Assembly (NCBI GenBank): GCA_009602735.1
Contig: WELA01003517.1
Span: 87,141 to 151,140 of the forward strand
Length of the DNA: 64,000 bases
From: Mesotaenium endlicherianum
Lineage: Eukaryota
Direction of reading: 5' to 3'
The notes under the pieces were generated by a model that was given only the letters and a program-made list of their open reading frames with translations, was not told the DNA's origin and searched no databases. Numbering within the stretch: position 1 is the first letter of the stretch; each line of letters starts with the position of its first letter. This document shows positions 13,566 through 25,900 of this stretch, one piece after another. The translations under genes and the position numbers were made by a program.

Positions 13566-15381
13566 CGGCTGCTGCTGCTGCTGGTCCTACTCCTCCTCCT
13601 CCTCCTCCTCCTCCGCCTCTTTTGGCTCGCTGGGCGCAAGCAGCAGCGGCAGCAGCAGAGGCAGCCGCAGAGGCAGCAGCAGCGGCCTCAGCGGCGCAGC
13701 TGAGCTCTGCCATTGCTCTGCTAGTACTGCATGTACAGTTCTCATATTTAATAGTTATAAGATCTTATTCAGTGCTAAAGGAGTCCTCCATTGGTCCCTG
13801 GTCTCTGTAGATGTCCCTGGTGGGAGGGGGGGGGGCTGCTTGGAGCATGAGGCATGCTCTGCTGGTGTCAGCGTTGCATACATTTCTTACAAGTTACGCA
13901 TGTTTTGCTTGAGGCAGCGCATGCAGATTTAGGGGGGGCAGCACATGCAGGTCCGGGGGGATGCCCCACCGTCAGTGACTGCTGACACCTCTGCTTACTA
14001 CATATATACGCTATGGTATAAGCCTGTATACATATAATATATCTCTATGGATATGATCCTAATGACTGCCAGTAGGATTGCAAGTCATGTTTGTGCCCAG
14101 GAGGCACTAGGCACTAATATATTAGTAACCAGTATATAAGGAATAGCCCGTGAAGGCAATTATGTATGACAGTATCTGGTACATATATTCTTTTCATCAA
14201 AGCAGAAGTTTGTACGCACAAGTTTTGCCGGCATTAATTGCCAAGTGGCTACACCATATGTTATGTTCATGGCAAGTACCGTGCGGGCTTGAAAAGACAG
14301 GTGGCATCCTCCAGGACTCTTACAAGTGCTCGTAAAGCTCACGAACAATTAGATGGAAGTTGTATACGCCGGGACTTCTTCTGGCAATTAACTGGACCCC
14401 AATGGGATGAGCTAGTGCCGCGACATATTTTTTGCATCTGAAAAAATTCCTCGAGAAGTTTCAATCCGGGCTTGATGACAAAGTATAAGGGCTGCATTGA
14501 AAGGCTGAAGTGGTGTTACCGGCAGCCAGGAGTGCTTCCACATCTCATTCCTTGCTGGTGCCCAAAGGTTGCCATGCATGTAAAAGCCAGCTGGCTAAGT
14601 TAGGTTCTTTACTATGATGCATTTGAGCGTGACACCCATGCCAAGGCAAGTGGATGCATATTTAGAGACACACACATGCATGAATACGTATCTGTATAAA
14701 TGTAAACACGCGATACTGGGCAATTTGACTCCTTTAGTGGTCAGCGCACATCAGCTACAAGGATATAACGAGCCCCTATTGCACCTGCAGCAGGGCCAAC
14801 CATTGTAAGGTTGACATCAACTGGGGATTGCCACATGCATGAGCAAGTATATTTCTTGAGACGATACGAATCTCTCATAAATTCCTTACTGTAGACATCC
14901 CATTCGCTCTACTATATCTTTGGGACCCATTCTATATTGAATTGACATTACATGAGGGGGCCGCAAACTCACCCTCACAAAGCGCCCCGAACCACGACAA
15001 CATAATACAACATCCACACAAAGCGACGCAAGCCGTCGGTGTAACCACAAATTGGAATATTAATTGTCGAAGTGACCAGGCAAGGTGAACCCTCACTTGC
15101 CATCGCTGGCACGGAATCAACCTGCATCTGACAAGAATGTCCAAAAACAAGTGAGCGACAAATGATGACTTCCCTCGCATGGGCGGACTCATCCTTGCCA
15201 TTGCCTTTGCCCTCTCTGCTCCTCGCCATGCCCAATATCCTCACATTAAGCCACCAGCGGCCATCATTTGCACTGACCAAACCAAGTCATCAAAACAAAT
15301 TGGGCCTCTTACTCAATTTCTCACCAAGGTGAGACAAAGAGTAACTTCAACACCAATAAAAGTAATGTTCCTTCAAGAGTG

Positions 15382-15839
15382 TGTCGACTATATCTAGACT
15401 TCACAAGTCAACTTACTGACGTCGGTTATATGTCGGTCGCACGTGTTCACACGTGTGATTTCACGTGCTAAGTCAAACTTGCTAGTCAGTTTAGCTATTT
15501 GTGTTCACACTATGAAATAAAGAGTTGAGCTAGTCTTTCATGACAGTTAGCAACTTGTGAGTGCATTTATATAATCTCGAGAGTTAGAGATTCTAGATAG
15601 ATTCTAGATATTGCAGATTCTAGCTTTTAGCATTTCACAAGTTTTAGAAGTTGCAGTTTATCTGATCCATTCATTTTATGCACATAGATGTTATACTAGT
15701 TAAATCCTAGTTAGCCTCCGCTAAGTATAAAAGCAAGAGAACAAGATGTAAACAATCGGTCAAGAAAAGTTTATCATTTCTCCAATCAAGTCTTATAAAA
15801 ATTCTATTAGAGAAGTCTAAATACTTCATTCTTCTAACA
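15382..15839 (+). repeat. Copia 5' LTR
   Basis: TGTCGACTATATCTAGAC...TTCTAACA followed by a tRNA-iMet-type PBS; matches 53956-54395. Confidence 0.95.
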
Positions 15840-15902
15840 TGGTATCGGAGCACTGATCTCCTACAAAGCACATCAAAACTTTCAGCACATATTTTCTACA
15901 CA

Positions 15903-18337
15903 ATGGCTGAAACGGACAAGTCTGATGACTCACTTATCAAAGGACTTGGAATTGAGAAATTTGATGGCATTGACTTTGATACATGGAGATGGCATCTTCA
16001 AGTACAACTTGAGGCTGTTGGTCTCTAGAAATTTTTTCACCAAGATGTTCCAGATCCTCTTCCAACTGCCAACAACTTTGCCAAACACATGAAAGACAAA
16101 GGCTTTGCATTAGCTCTTCTTTCTAGAGGATTAACTATGGAGCATCTCAAGTTGATCAAACATGTCAAAGATCCACATAAGGCATGGACCACTCTAGTGA
16201 ACTATTTTGCTCCTAACAATATTGCTCAGCAACGCTTGTACATATCACAGCTCAACAACATGAGCAAGCAAGTGGATGAGTCTATGGAAATATTTGTCCT
16301 CAGATTCAAGGACATTCTGAATTTACTCAAAGGCATTGCTCCCAACATACAAGAGGATGAAGTGCTGTCAACATTTATGGGCAATCTAAATGATCCAAAT
16401 ATCAACAACACATATAGAACTCTACCTGCAGAGCGTACCTTTGAAGGTCTCTCCAAGCAGCTGATCATTAATGACAAGCAACGTCTTGCAAATGAGTCCC
16501 ACTCTGAGCAGGCCCTGTATACACAACAAAAAGGAAAACAACCCTTTCCCAAGACAATTACTACTGGACCTTCCTCAGGCTCTGGATCTCCTTCCACAGA
16601 ACCAGATCAAGGACAAACATCTTCCAGACCACAGTGCAGATACTGCAAGGAAACCTGCTGGAAGTTGGTTGGCAAACCTCCACAACAGGCTACAGCTCAT
16701 ATGGCTACTTCTACATCCACATCAGAACCTGCTTTGGCTAACTATCTATCCAATACTCACCTTATGGTGGCAGCTCTCATCAGCAACAATACTCCACATC
16801 CCTCTTGGGTCTTGGTTTCAGGTGCTTCCTGTCACATGTGTCCCATCCGAAAAGGGTTTGACACTCTGACTGAACTTAATCCTCCAGAACAGATTCAACT
16901 TGGAGACAAATCCCTGGTTCCAGCCACCCATAAAGGAACAATGTCAGTGCTATTCTACAATCAAGACAAGGCCCCTCACTCCATTCTCCTTCGAGATGTT
17001 GTTCTGGTCCCTCAGCTTGGCCACAATCTAGTCAGTGTTAAACACTGTGCAAAGGCAGGCGCTCATTTCCACTTTTATGGCGAACATTGTACCACTTCCA
17101 AGGTTGGACAACACATTGGCGCTGCAAGTGGCCAAGGCAATCGTTATGATCTGCGCTGCAAAGCTCAGAGATCTACAAAGACTACAACACCCTATGCTCC
17201 AGCAGCTCTGATCTGAGATCTCCACTACAGCCAATCCCACCAATCTATGGCATCGCAGATTTGGACACTTACCATTACCAGCCTTGGCCCTTCTCCAACA
17301 ATACAGTATGGTCATCGGCCTCCCAGATCCTCCCTTCTCCACCAAGGAAGAACATTGCACCACCTGCCAACACAGCCGACACCACAGAGATCCCTTTCCT
17401 CTCAACAATACCAGAGCAGCCCAATCTCTGGATCTCATTCACTCAGACATTGCTGGACTTATGAAGACCACAGCCTTGGAAGGCAGCAACTATTTTCTCA
17501 CAATTTTGGACGACTACTCCAAATATCCCACAGTCATCTGCTTCAGCAATAACTCTACAGCTCTGGAAGCCTTTAAGAACTTTGCTCAACATGTGGAGAC
17601 TCAATTTGGGAGACCCATTAAGGCTCTCAAGACTGACAATGGAGGCAAATATACCTCTACTGCCTTCAAGCAATTTTGTTCTTCAAAAGGCATCGACCAT
17701 CAATTTACAATCCCATATACTCCTCAGCAGAATGGCAGAGCTGAACGTCTCAATCGCACTCTTGTAGAAAAAGCCAGAGCCCTTCTTATTGACCAGCAGC
17801 TTCCTCTCAAATTTTGGGCTGAAGCAATCTATACAAGTGCTTACCTCTTGGCCAGTTCCCCTTCATCTATCCTCCAAAACCAGACCTCTTATGAAGCCTG
17901 GCATGGCCACAAACCTTCAGCCAATCATCTCAGAGTCTTTGGCAGCCCAGCCTTTGTTTACATTCCCAAGCAATTTCGCAAAAAGTTTTCCCCCACTAGC
18001 ACTTCCAAAATTTTCATTGGCTATTCCTCTAACTCCACAGCCTACAAGCTATTTGATCCAGCCACCAACAAGTGCCAAATCTTGCGAGATGTGATCTTCA
18101 ACAAATCTACAACACTTCCAAACATTTCTCCTACCTCAGTCATTCCAATTCTCTCCTTATCTGATGACTCCCCAGTTCCCTCTCCAGTTGGCACACCAAT
18201 GACACCACCAAGATCTCCACCAGTTACCCTGGTCCCTCCTCTTGCCCCTCAGCAGCCCAACACTACAAATACTCTTACTTCAGGCTCAGCCCAGCACAAC
18301 TCTCCACTAGATCCCACTCACTTGTTCTCCACTCCAC
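15903..18337 (+). pseudogene. Copia gag-protease-integrase, disrupted
   Basis: ATG at 15903 with an in-frame TAG near 16026. UBN2-like gag, zinc-knuckle remnant (CRYCKE..CW), degenerate protease (WVLVSGASCHM), integrase (LIHSDIAG, TDNGGKY, PYTPQQNGRAERLNRTL). Frameshifted and cut at 18337 by element A1. Confidence 0.9.
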
Positions 18338-19054
18338 TGTAATGAATCAGTGTATTGGTAGATATAATAATCATTTATATATAGTAGTTAATTAAGTTCA
18401 GCTTGTTGAACTATAGTTAATGTTCAGTCTGTTGGACCATATAATTATCAGTTAAATGACTCAGCCGAGAGCAGCAAGCTGAAGTCAATTTAGGTCAGCT
18501 TTGCTGACACATTCTTTGACAGCCAACTGACTTCCGTACTCGGTAGCAGCGAACTGCCTAGACATGCATCTAAGTGTGATATGCTAGATGAATGGCCAAA
18601 TGACATCCTTGGGATGGATGGCGATTCGGGATGATGGGAGATGGCGGTGAATTTGGTTAACCGAGGTCCTACCCACGTGGCTAACTCCCGGGTAGGAGGT
18701 GCCATCGCACTTGCCGTTGAACAGTAACTCATTCCATGTACATAGGCTAGACATTGCTCTCGAGTTCGGCATTTGGAAACGAGGCCAACTCTCTTGTACT
18801 GCTTACTGGGAGAAATCTGAATTCCAGGCGAGAAGCCATTGATACGCATTGTCTTCTAGCCTTGCTTATATATGAGTTTACTGATTGCATTATCAAATGC
18901 GAGTTTACTTGCATTTGACTTGCGAGTATTGTCCACTGCTAGTGTGTTGTCTTTTGCTGATTAATCAGTTAACAGAAAATACCATAAAGATTACTCGCTG
19001 ACATAAAGATCTTCATTAATTGTTAATCGCTTACTGGTAAGTCAATTCAATTCA
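18338..19054 (+). repeat. A1 5' LTR (~717 bp)
   Basis: TGTAATGAATC...TTCA, homologous to five other family-A LTRs in the window. Confidence 0.93.
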
Positions 19055-19088
19055 ATGGTATTGGAGCAATTATCACACTCTTCTTTGT

Positions 19089-20468
19089 ATGGTAAGGACA
19101 AGGTCTCAAACTAGCAACTCCCGAGACATGAAGAACCAGGATAACGAGAATGTCGAAAAACCAGGCTGAAAGCCATGTAGCGGGAACTCGTACTTATTCT
19201 GAAGCAGTGGCGGATACTGCAGCTAGAGAGGCTGCAGATGAGGCAGCTGCTACTGCCGCTGTCGCAGCACAGCAAGCTGAGGAGGAGAGAGTCAGATTAC
19301 AAGCCGAACGATTGGCAAAAGCTGCTGAAGATGCAGAAAGGAGGGAAGGACAGCCAGCGGACGAGCGCACTGTCGACGAACTTGTGGCAGCAAGGGCCAA
19401 TGTTCTGAACCACCTCCTGCTGTGCAACTCAATGTACCTCTAGGTCAAATTTGTGACCGGCTGAATGCAGCAGGAATTGTTGCTGCAGGGGCGAGAGGGA
19501 CTGTTGCGGACACTACTCAGCGAGTGGATGCCACTGCTGCTACTGCATTTGCTGGACTTCCACCTCAGAGTGTAGATTTGAAAGCATTATTGGTGCAAAT
19601 GGAATCGCAAATGGCGAGCATGAACCAGTCCCAACAGGAGGACAAAAGAATCATAATGTTTTTGTTGCGTAACAGAGACCAGCTGGGTTCTCAAACCACT
19701 GGTGGTGGTGGCAGAGGGCCTAGTAAGCCTAAGCCAAAGCCTCCCCACGACTATGATCCACAGGGAAACAAAAAGTATTATCTGATCAAGTTTCTCGCTG
19801 ATGTTGAGCAGTGGCTGGAGAACTACCCAATATTGCAGGATTACGAGAAGGTCAGGCACACTGGTGCTCTACTGAAAGGTAGTGCAGCAAATTGGTGGCT
19901 GTATTGGAAAGGAGAGCGTAAGGGTCAACAACCCGGTGACCCTACTTGGGTAGAGTTTGTCAAGAAACTGCATGAGAAGTTTGATGTCATCAATCAGCAG
20001 GCTAAAGCTATCTATGCAATGATCTCCTTGACATTGAAGCAGACCACTTCAGTTGCTGAGTTTGCTCAAAAGCTTCAGGAGAACATGATGAAATAGCCGG
20101 ACTTGCCGGAGCCGTATAGGATAGCATACTTCAGGTATGGCTTGAAATCCGAAGTCTCAGGTCATTTTGCTGAAAAGAAATATGAGAAACTGGCTGACTT
20201 GATCCAGGATGCTGATGCCTTGGATCAACATCCATTCAAGCACAAGCGCCAGAGTAGTGCTTTGGTGTCTAAGATTGCCAAAAAGCCCAACGGTTCCTAC
20301 AATGCAATTGAAGGAGACCAGGCTGAGGACAATCAGAGTGATGAGTATGAGTATGAGTATAATGGTATGCAGCCAAGAGGGAAAGGTGGTTACTCTCGAG
20401 GTGGCTATGGAAGAGGTGGTGGTAGGACTAAGTTGAGACCAGCCTCAGCAGAATCTATTTGCTTCCAT
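19089..20468 (+). pseudogene. A1 gag, frameshifted, interrupted in the zinc knuckle
   Basis: Homologous to intact gag 21390-22868. The CFH/CQQLGHYKKECP knuckle is split by a ~158-bp insertion and by A2, and resumes at 29549. Confidence 0.9.
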
Positions 20469-20634
20469 TTCCTTGAGACACTCCCGATTCTATGTGCAAC
20501 AACCTAGTAGGTGTAGGTCTGATCTTACGTCTTTGATAAGCAAGGTTCAAAAAGTACTCCTGTACTTCTAGCAGGTAATTGGGATCGAACAGATGTCGGT
20601 AAATTTGCTTGTAATCTAAATCATGGTGCCAGCA

Positions 20635-21355
20635 TGAAATGAATCAGTATACTGGTTGACATAATATTCATTTAAATAATATAGTTAAATAAGTTCAGCC
20701 TGCTGAACTCTAGTTAACAATCAGTCTGCTGGACTTTATACTTAATATCAGTTTAATGACTCAGGCCGGAAGTAGCAGGCTGAGGTCACCTTAAGTCAGC
20801 TTGCTGACACATTCTTTGACAGCCAGCTGACTTCCGTACTCGGTAGCAGCGAACTGCCTCGATATGCATCTAAGTGTGGTATGCTAGATGAATGGCCAGA
20901 CGACATCCCTATGATGGGTGGCGATTCGGGATGATGGGAGATGACGGTGGATTTGGTTAACCGAGGTCCTACAACCGTGGTTAACTCTCGGGTAGGCGGT
21001 GCCATCGCACTGACCGTTGAACAGTAAACTCATTCCATGTACATATGCTAGGCATTGCTCTCTAGTTCGGCATTCGGAAACGAGGCCAACTCTCTTGTAC
21101 AGCTTACTGAGAGAGATCTGAATCCAAGGCGAGAAGCCATTGATACGCACTGTCTTCTAACCTTGCTTATGTATGAGTTTACTGATTGGCATTATTGATG
21201 CTAGTTTACTCGCATTTGACTTACGAGTATTATTCCCTGCTAGTGTACTGTCCTTTGCCGTTTAACTAGTTAACGGAAATACCATAAAGATTACTTGCTG
21301 ATATAAAGGTCTTTATTAATTGTTAATCGCCTATTTGGTAAGTCGATTCATTTCA
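20635..21355 (+). repeat. A2 5' LTR
   Basis: TGAAATGAATC...GATTCATTTCA (11-bp terminal inverted repeat) followed by PBS. Confidence 0.95.
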
Positions 21356-21389
21356 GTGGTATCGGAGCAGTTATCACAGTCTTCTTTGT

Positions 21390-22868
21390 ATGGTAAGGAC
21401 AAGGTCTCAAACTAGCAACTCCCGAGACATGGAGAACCAGGATAACGAGAATGTCGAAAACCAGGCGGAAAGCCATGTAGCGGGAAACCGTACCTATTCG
21501 GAAGCAGTAGCGGATACTGCAGCTAGGGAGGCAGCAGATGAGGCAGCTGCTATTGCCTCAGTCGCAGCTCAGCAAGCTGAGGAGGAGATAGCCAGACTAG
21601 AAGCTGAACAAGTAGCAAAGGCCGCTGAAGATATACAAAGGAGGGAAGGACAGCCAGCTGACGAGCGCACTGTTGAAGAACTTATGGCATCAAGGGCCAA
21701 TGTTCTGAACCCACCTCCTGCCGTACAACTCAATGTACCCCTAGGTCAAATACGTGACCGGCTGAATGCGGCAGGAATTGCTGCTGCAGGAGCAAGAGGG
21801 ATTGTTGAGGACACTACTCAGCGAGTAGATGCCAATGCTGCTGCTGCATTTGCTAATCTACCACCCCAAAATGTAGACTTGGGAGCATTGTTCGTTCAGA
21901 TGCAGTCGCAAATGGCGACCATGTGTCAGTCCCAACAGGAGGACAAAAGAATCATAATGTCCCTACTACGGGACAGAGACCAACTGGGGTCTCAAACCAC
22001 TAGTGGTGGTGGCCGAGGGCCTAGTAAGCCCAAGCCGAAACCTCCCCAGGAATATTATCCTGAGGGAAACATAAAATATTACCTGATCAAGTTTTTCGCG
22101 GATGTTGAGCAGTGGCTGGAGAACTACCCAGAACTGCAAGATCACGAGAAGGTCAGGCACACCGGTGCGCTACTGAAAGGCAGTGCCGCAGACTGGTGGC
22201 TTTACTGGAAAGGAGAGCGTAAGGCTCGGCAACTCGGTGACCCTACGTGGGTAGAGTTTGTCGAGAAGTTGCATGAGAAGTTTGATGTCATCAACCAGCA
22301 GGAGAAAGCTATCTATGCGATGATCTCCCTGACACTGAAGCAGACCACTTCAGTTGCTGAGTTTGCTCAAAAGTTCCAAGAGAACATGATGAAGCAGCCT
22401 GATTTGCCAGAACGGTATAGGATAGCATACTTCAGGTATGGCTTGAAATCCGAGGTCTCTGGTCATTTTGCTGAGAAGAAGTATGAGAAACTGGCTGACT
22501 TGATCCAGGATGCTGATGCCTGGGATCAGCAACAGTTCAATCACAAGCGCCAGAGTAATGCTTTCGTGTCTAAGATTGTCAAAAAGCCCCACGATTCCTA
22601 CAATGCAATTGAAGGAGACCCGGCTGAGGATGATCAGGGTGATGGATTTGAGTATGAGTATAATGCCATACAGTCTAGAGGTAGAGGTGGTTTCTCTCGA
22701 GGCGGCTATGGAAGAGGTGGTGGTAGGACTAAGCCGAGACCAGCCTCAGCAAAATCTACTTGCTACCATTGTCAGCAGAAAGGCCACTACAGAGAACAGT
22801 GTCCGGTCAAGCACCTGCCTAAGGTCGAGAGAAAAGACCAGCCTTTAAAAGACAGCAACAGTCAGTAA
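21390..22868 (+). CDS. gag: A2 Gag (492 aa)
   Basis: Retrotrans_gag-like core ([33 protein letters not shown]), RGG tract and CCHC knuckle [14 protein letters not shown]. Confidence 0.92.
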   Translation: MVRTRSQTSNSRDMENQDNENVENQAESHVAGNRTYSEAVADTAAREAADEAAAIASVAAQQAEEEIARLEAEQVAKAAEDIQRREGQPADERTVEELMASRANVLNPPPAVQLNVPLGQIRDRLNAAGIAAAGARGIVEDTTQRVDANAAAAFANLPPQNVDLGALFVQMQSQMATMCQSQQEDKRIIMSLLRDRDQLGSQTTSGGGRGPSKPKPKPPQEYYPEGNIKYYLIKFFADVEQWLENYPELQDHEKVRHTGALLKGSAADWWLYWKGERKARQLGDPTWVEFVEKLHEKFDVINQQEKAIYAMISLTLKQTTSVAEFAQKFQENMMKQPDLPERYRIAYFRYGLKSEVSGHFAEKKYEKLADLIQDADAWDQQQFNHKRQSNAFVSKIVKKPHDSYNAIEGDPAEDDQGDGFEYEYNAIQSRGRGGFSRGGYGRGGGRTKPRPASAKSTCYHCQQKGHYREQCPVKHLPKVERKDQPLKDSNSQ

Positions 22869-22957
22869 TCCAGTCTACTGACTGTGAGGATGCTAGAGAT
22901 AGTGAGTCGTCACTAGCTGCCCTCGTAGCAGGTATTATGGGTCCTGCTGAACTGGAT
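22844..22957 (+). promoter_or_regulatory. Putative -1 programmed ribosomal frameshift signal (gag to pol), family A
   Basis: Slippery heptamer T TTA AAA (22844-22850) in the gag frame, 7-nt spacer, 10-bp stem ACAGTCAGTA/TACTGACTGT. Pol lies in the -1 frame and is open from the heptamer. The same signal is at 29615 (A1) and 46049-46055 (A3, minus). Confidence 0.8.
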
Positions 22958-25900
22958 TCACTATGCATGCCTGACACCCAGATAAAGGAGACCATCAGCA
23001 ATATAGACGTCCAGGGAGTGCACACTCTGGATGCTCTTGTTCCACCTGATGTCCAACATTTCTTTGCTACGTCAGGAGAACAATGCGAAAGTCAGGAAAA
23101 GACAGTCCCCCCTATCCTACTGCATTGCATGATTGCAGGTAGGAAGGTGAGGGCATTTGTTGACGGAGGGGCGTCACATACTTTTATCCACAAGGACTTA
23201 GTTAAGCGGCTAAGGCTGCCTACTGTCACCCAAGGGAATAGAAAAATATTCCTTAGAGATGCCTCAAGTATCCCGGGAGGAGTTATAACCAAGCCTATTG
23301 TTGTCCAGTTAGTTTCTGGCATTGCAGTTCGAGCTGAAACGCTTACATTTGAGGTACTCAACACTGGCTTTTATGATCTTGTGCTGGGCAGGTCCTGGCT
23401 TAATAGACATCAAGCTGAAGTGTGTTGGAGCAGAGGTACAGTTAAAGTGAGAGGAGCCAGTGATGGGCAGACTGACTTGGCACCCACCAGTGCTCTTCCT
23501 CTTGTCTTGTGTGGATGGCAAATGAAGGAAAAGAAGAGGGTTCTAGAAGGATGCAAGTTGCTGAATGCAATGGAGTTCGTCGAAAGCTGGAACCAGAAGG
23601 AAGACAGAATGTTCTGTCTGCTGCTAAGAGAGGTACCTCCTCAACCTGAAGAAGTGGTTGAGAAAAAGGTAAGCCCTCCGGAGCACCCTACTGCTGCAAA
23701 AATTGTTGCTCAGTACACTGATGTATTTAATATGCCTCCAGGACTACTAACTAAGAGGGAAGTACATCATATGATTGATCTATTACCTGGGAGTCAGCCA
23801 CCTTGGCAACGCACGTATGGCTTGTCTTATGGAGAGAGCGAGGAGTTGAGAACACAGATTGCAGAGCTTGAGGAAAATGGTTATATTTCTCCCAGTAAAT
23901 CACCTTACGGCGCACCCATCCTATTTGTTAAGAAAAAGGATGGCAGTATGCGGATGTGTGTGGGTTACAGAGCCNTGTGTGTGGGTTACAGAGCCTTGAA
24001 CAGAATTACGGTAAACAAGTATGCTTTACCCAGGATTGAGGACTTGCTGGATACCCTGTCTGGCGCTAAGGTGTTCAGTAAGATAGATCTCAAGAGTGGT
24101 TATCATCAAATCAGAATTGCTGAGGGGGATGAACACAAGACTGCTTTCCGCACACGTTATGGACACTATGAGTTCAACGTGATGCCATTTGGACTGACTA
24201 ATGCTCCTGCCACCTTCATGGGTGCTATGAATGACATTTTCAGACCTTATTTGGATAAGTTTGTGCAAGTTTTCCTGGATGATATTTTAATTTTCTCTAA
24301 AGATGAAGCTCAGCACGCTGAACACTTAAAGACAGTCCTGGACACTCTGAGAACGAATCACTTATATGCCAAAATGAGCAAGTGTGATTTCCTTAAAGAC
24401 AGTATTGATTTCTTAAGCCACATTGTCAGTAAAAAGGGCATCAGTGTGGATCCTAAGAAAGTCCAGACCATAAGGGACTAGCCAGTACCACAGTTTGTCT
24501 CTGAAGTTAGATCCTTCCTCGGGTTGGCTAACTACTGTAGGAGATTTATTGAGAATTATTCCACAAAGGCCAGTAAACTGACTGAGCTTACTAAGAAAGA
24601 CATAGGGTATGTGTGGGGGGAAGAGCAGCAGGCTGCCTTCCAGACCATTAAAGATGCCCTTTGTTCTGCCCCAGTGCTAGCCGTGTATGACCTCAGCAAA
24701 CCGGTGCAGGTGGTTACTGATGCCTCTGACTGTGCCATGGGTGCTATTTTGTTGCAGCCTGCTGACAAAACCAGAAAGGATGGTAAGGTACGGCAGGAGT
24801 GGCATCCTGTGTTGTATGAGTCTATGCAATTTAATCCAGCGGAGATTAATTACTCAGTGCATGATAAAGAGCTGCTAGCTATCATTCATGTACTCAAACA
24901 GTGGAGAGCATACTTACATGGTAAAGCTTTTAAGGTGATTACAGATCATCTAGCTCTGACCCACTTTCAGAAGAAGTCCAAGCTGTCGAGGAGGGAGAAC
25001 CGCTGGAGCCAGATGCTGGAGCAGTTCCAAGTCCACTTTGACTACAAACCAGGGAAGTTGAATCCTGCTGATGCACTCTCTAGAAGACCTGACTTGCAAG
25101 AAAGGAACTTTAGTCAGCATACTGTAGATAAAGTCCTGTGTGCACTCACTTCACTAAAGGTGAAAAAGTCCTTCCTTGAACAACTTAGGAAAGCCTACCT
25201 TTCTGACCCAACATTTGAGCCCAGCCCCACTACTGGTGTGTGTCGTGCTACTGCACTCGGGTATAAGCTCAAGGGAGGGGTCTGGGTGACTGAAACCACT
25301 TCAGGCAGGCTGAAGCTGGTCATTCCTAATAACTTGGAAATAAGGTCTTCCTTACTGAGTCAAGCTCATGACAGTCTCCTGGGTGGACATTTGGGGCAGG
25401 CCAAAACTGTTGGCATACTGGCAAAACATTATCATTGGGAGGGGTTACCCCGGGGAGGTCTTAAAATATGTCAAGTCCTGTGACCAGTGTCAGAGAAATA
25501 AGTCTCGGCACACTCCACCCGGAGGTCTCTTGCAACCACTGCCCATCCCAGCGGGACGCTGGGAAACTATATCCATGGACTGGGTGGTCTCACTACCAAG
25601 AACTGCCAACGGGCATGATTCAATACTGGTAGTCGTGGATAAACTGACAAAAATGGTCATTTTTATCCCCACAACTGTCAAAGTGACTGCACTCGAAACA
25701 GCGAGACTGTTTTACAACCATGTAGTATGCCAACATGGGCTACCTTCTAATATCATCTCAGACAGAGACTCAAAATTCACCTCTAAGTTCTGGAGAGCTT
25801 TAATGGGGTTAATGGGAGTCAAACAGCTGCTCAGCACAGCAAATCACCCTCAGACTGATGGGCAGATTGAAAGAACTAATCGAGTTCTGCAAGAGGTGCT

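Noticed and set aside
13800..15381. Short ORFs between the sorting nexin and the Copia LTR
   Set aside because: No motifs or splice-consistent structure; treated as 3' UTR or intergenic.
23955..23996. Short in-frame duplications in A2 RT, A2 ORF3 (28458) and B protease region (38798)
   Set aside because: Each straddles a single N and is best explained as an assembly artefact.
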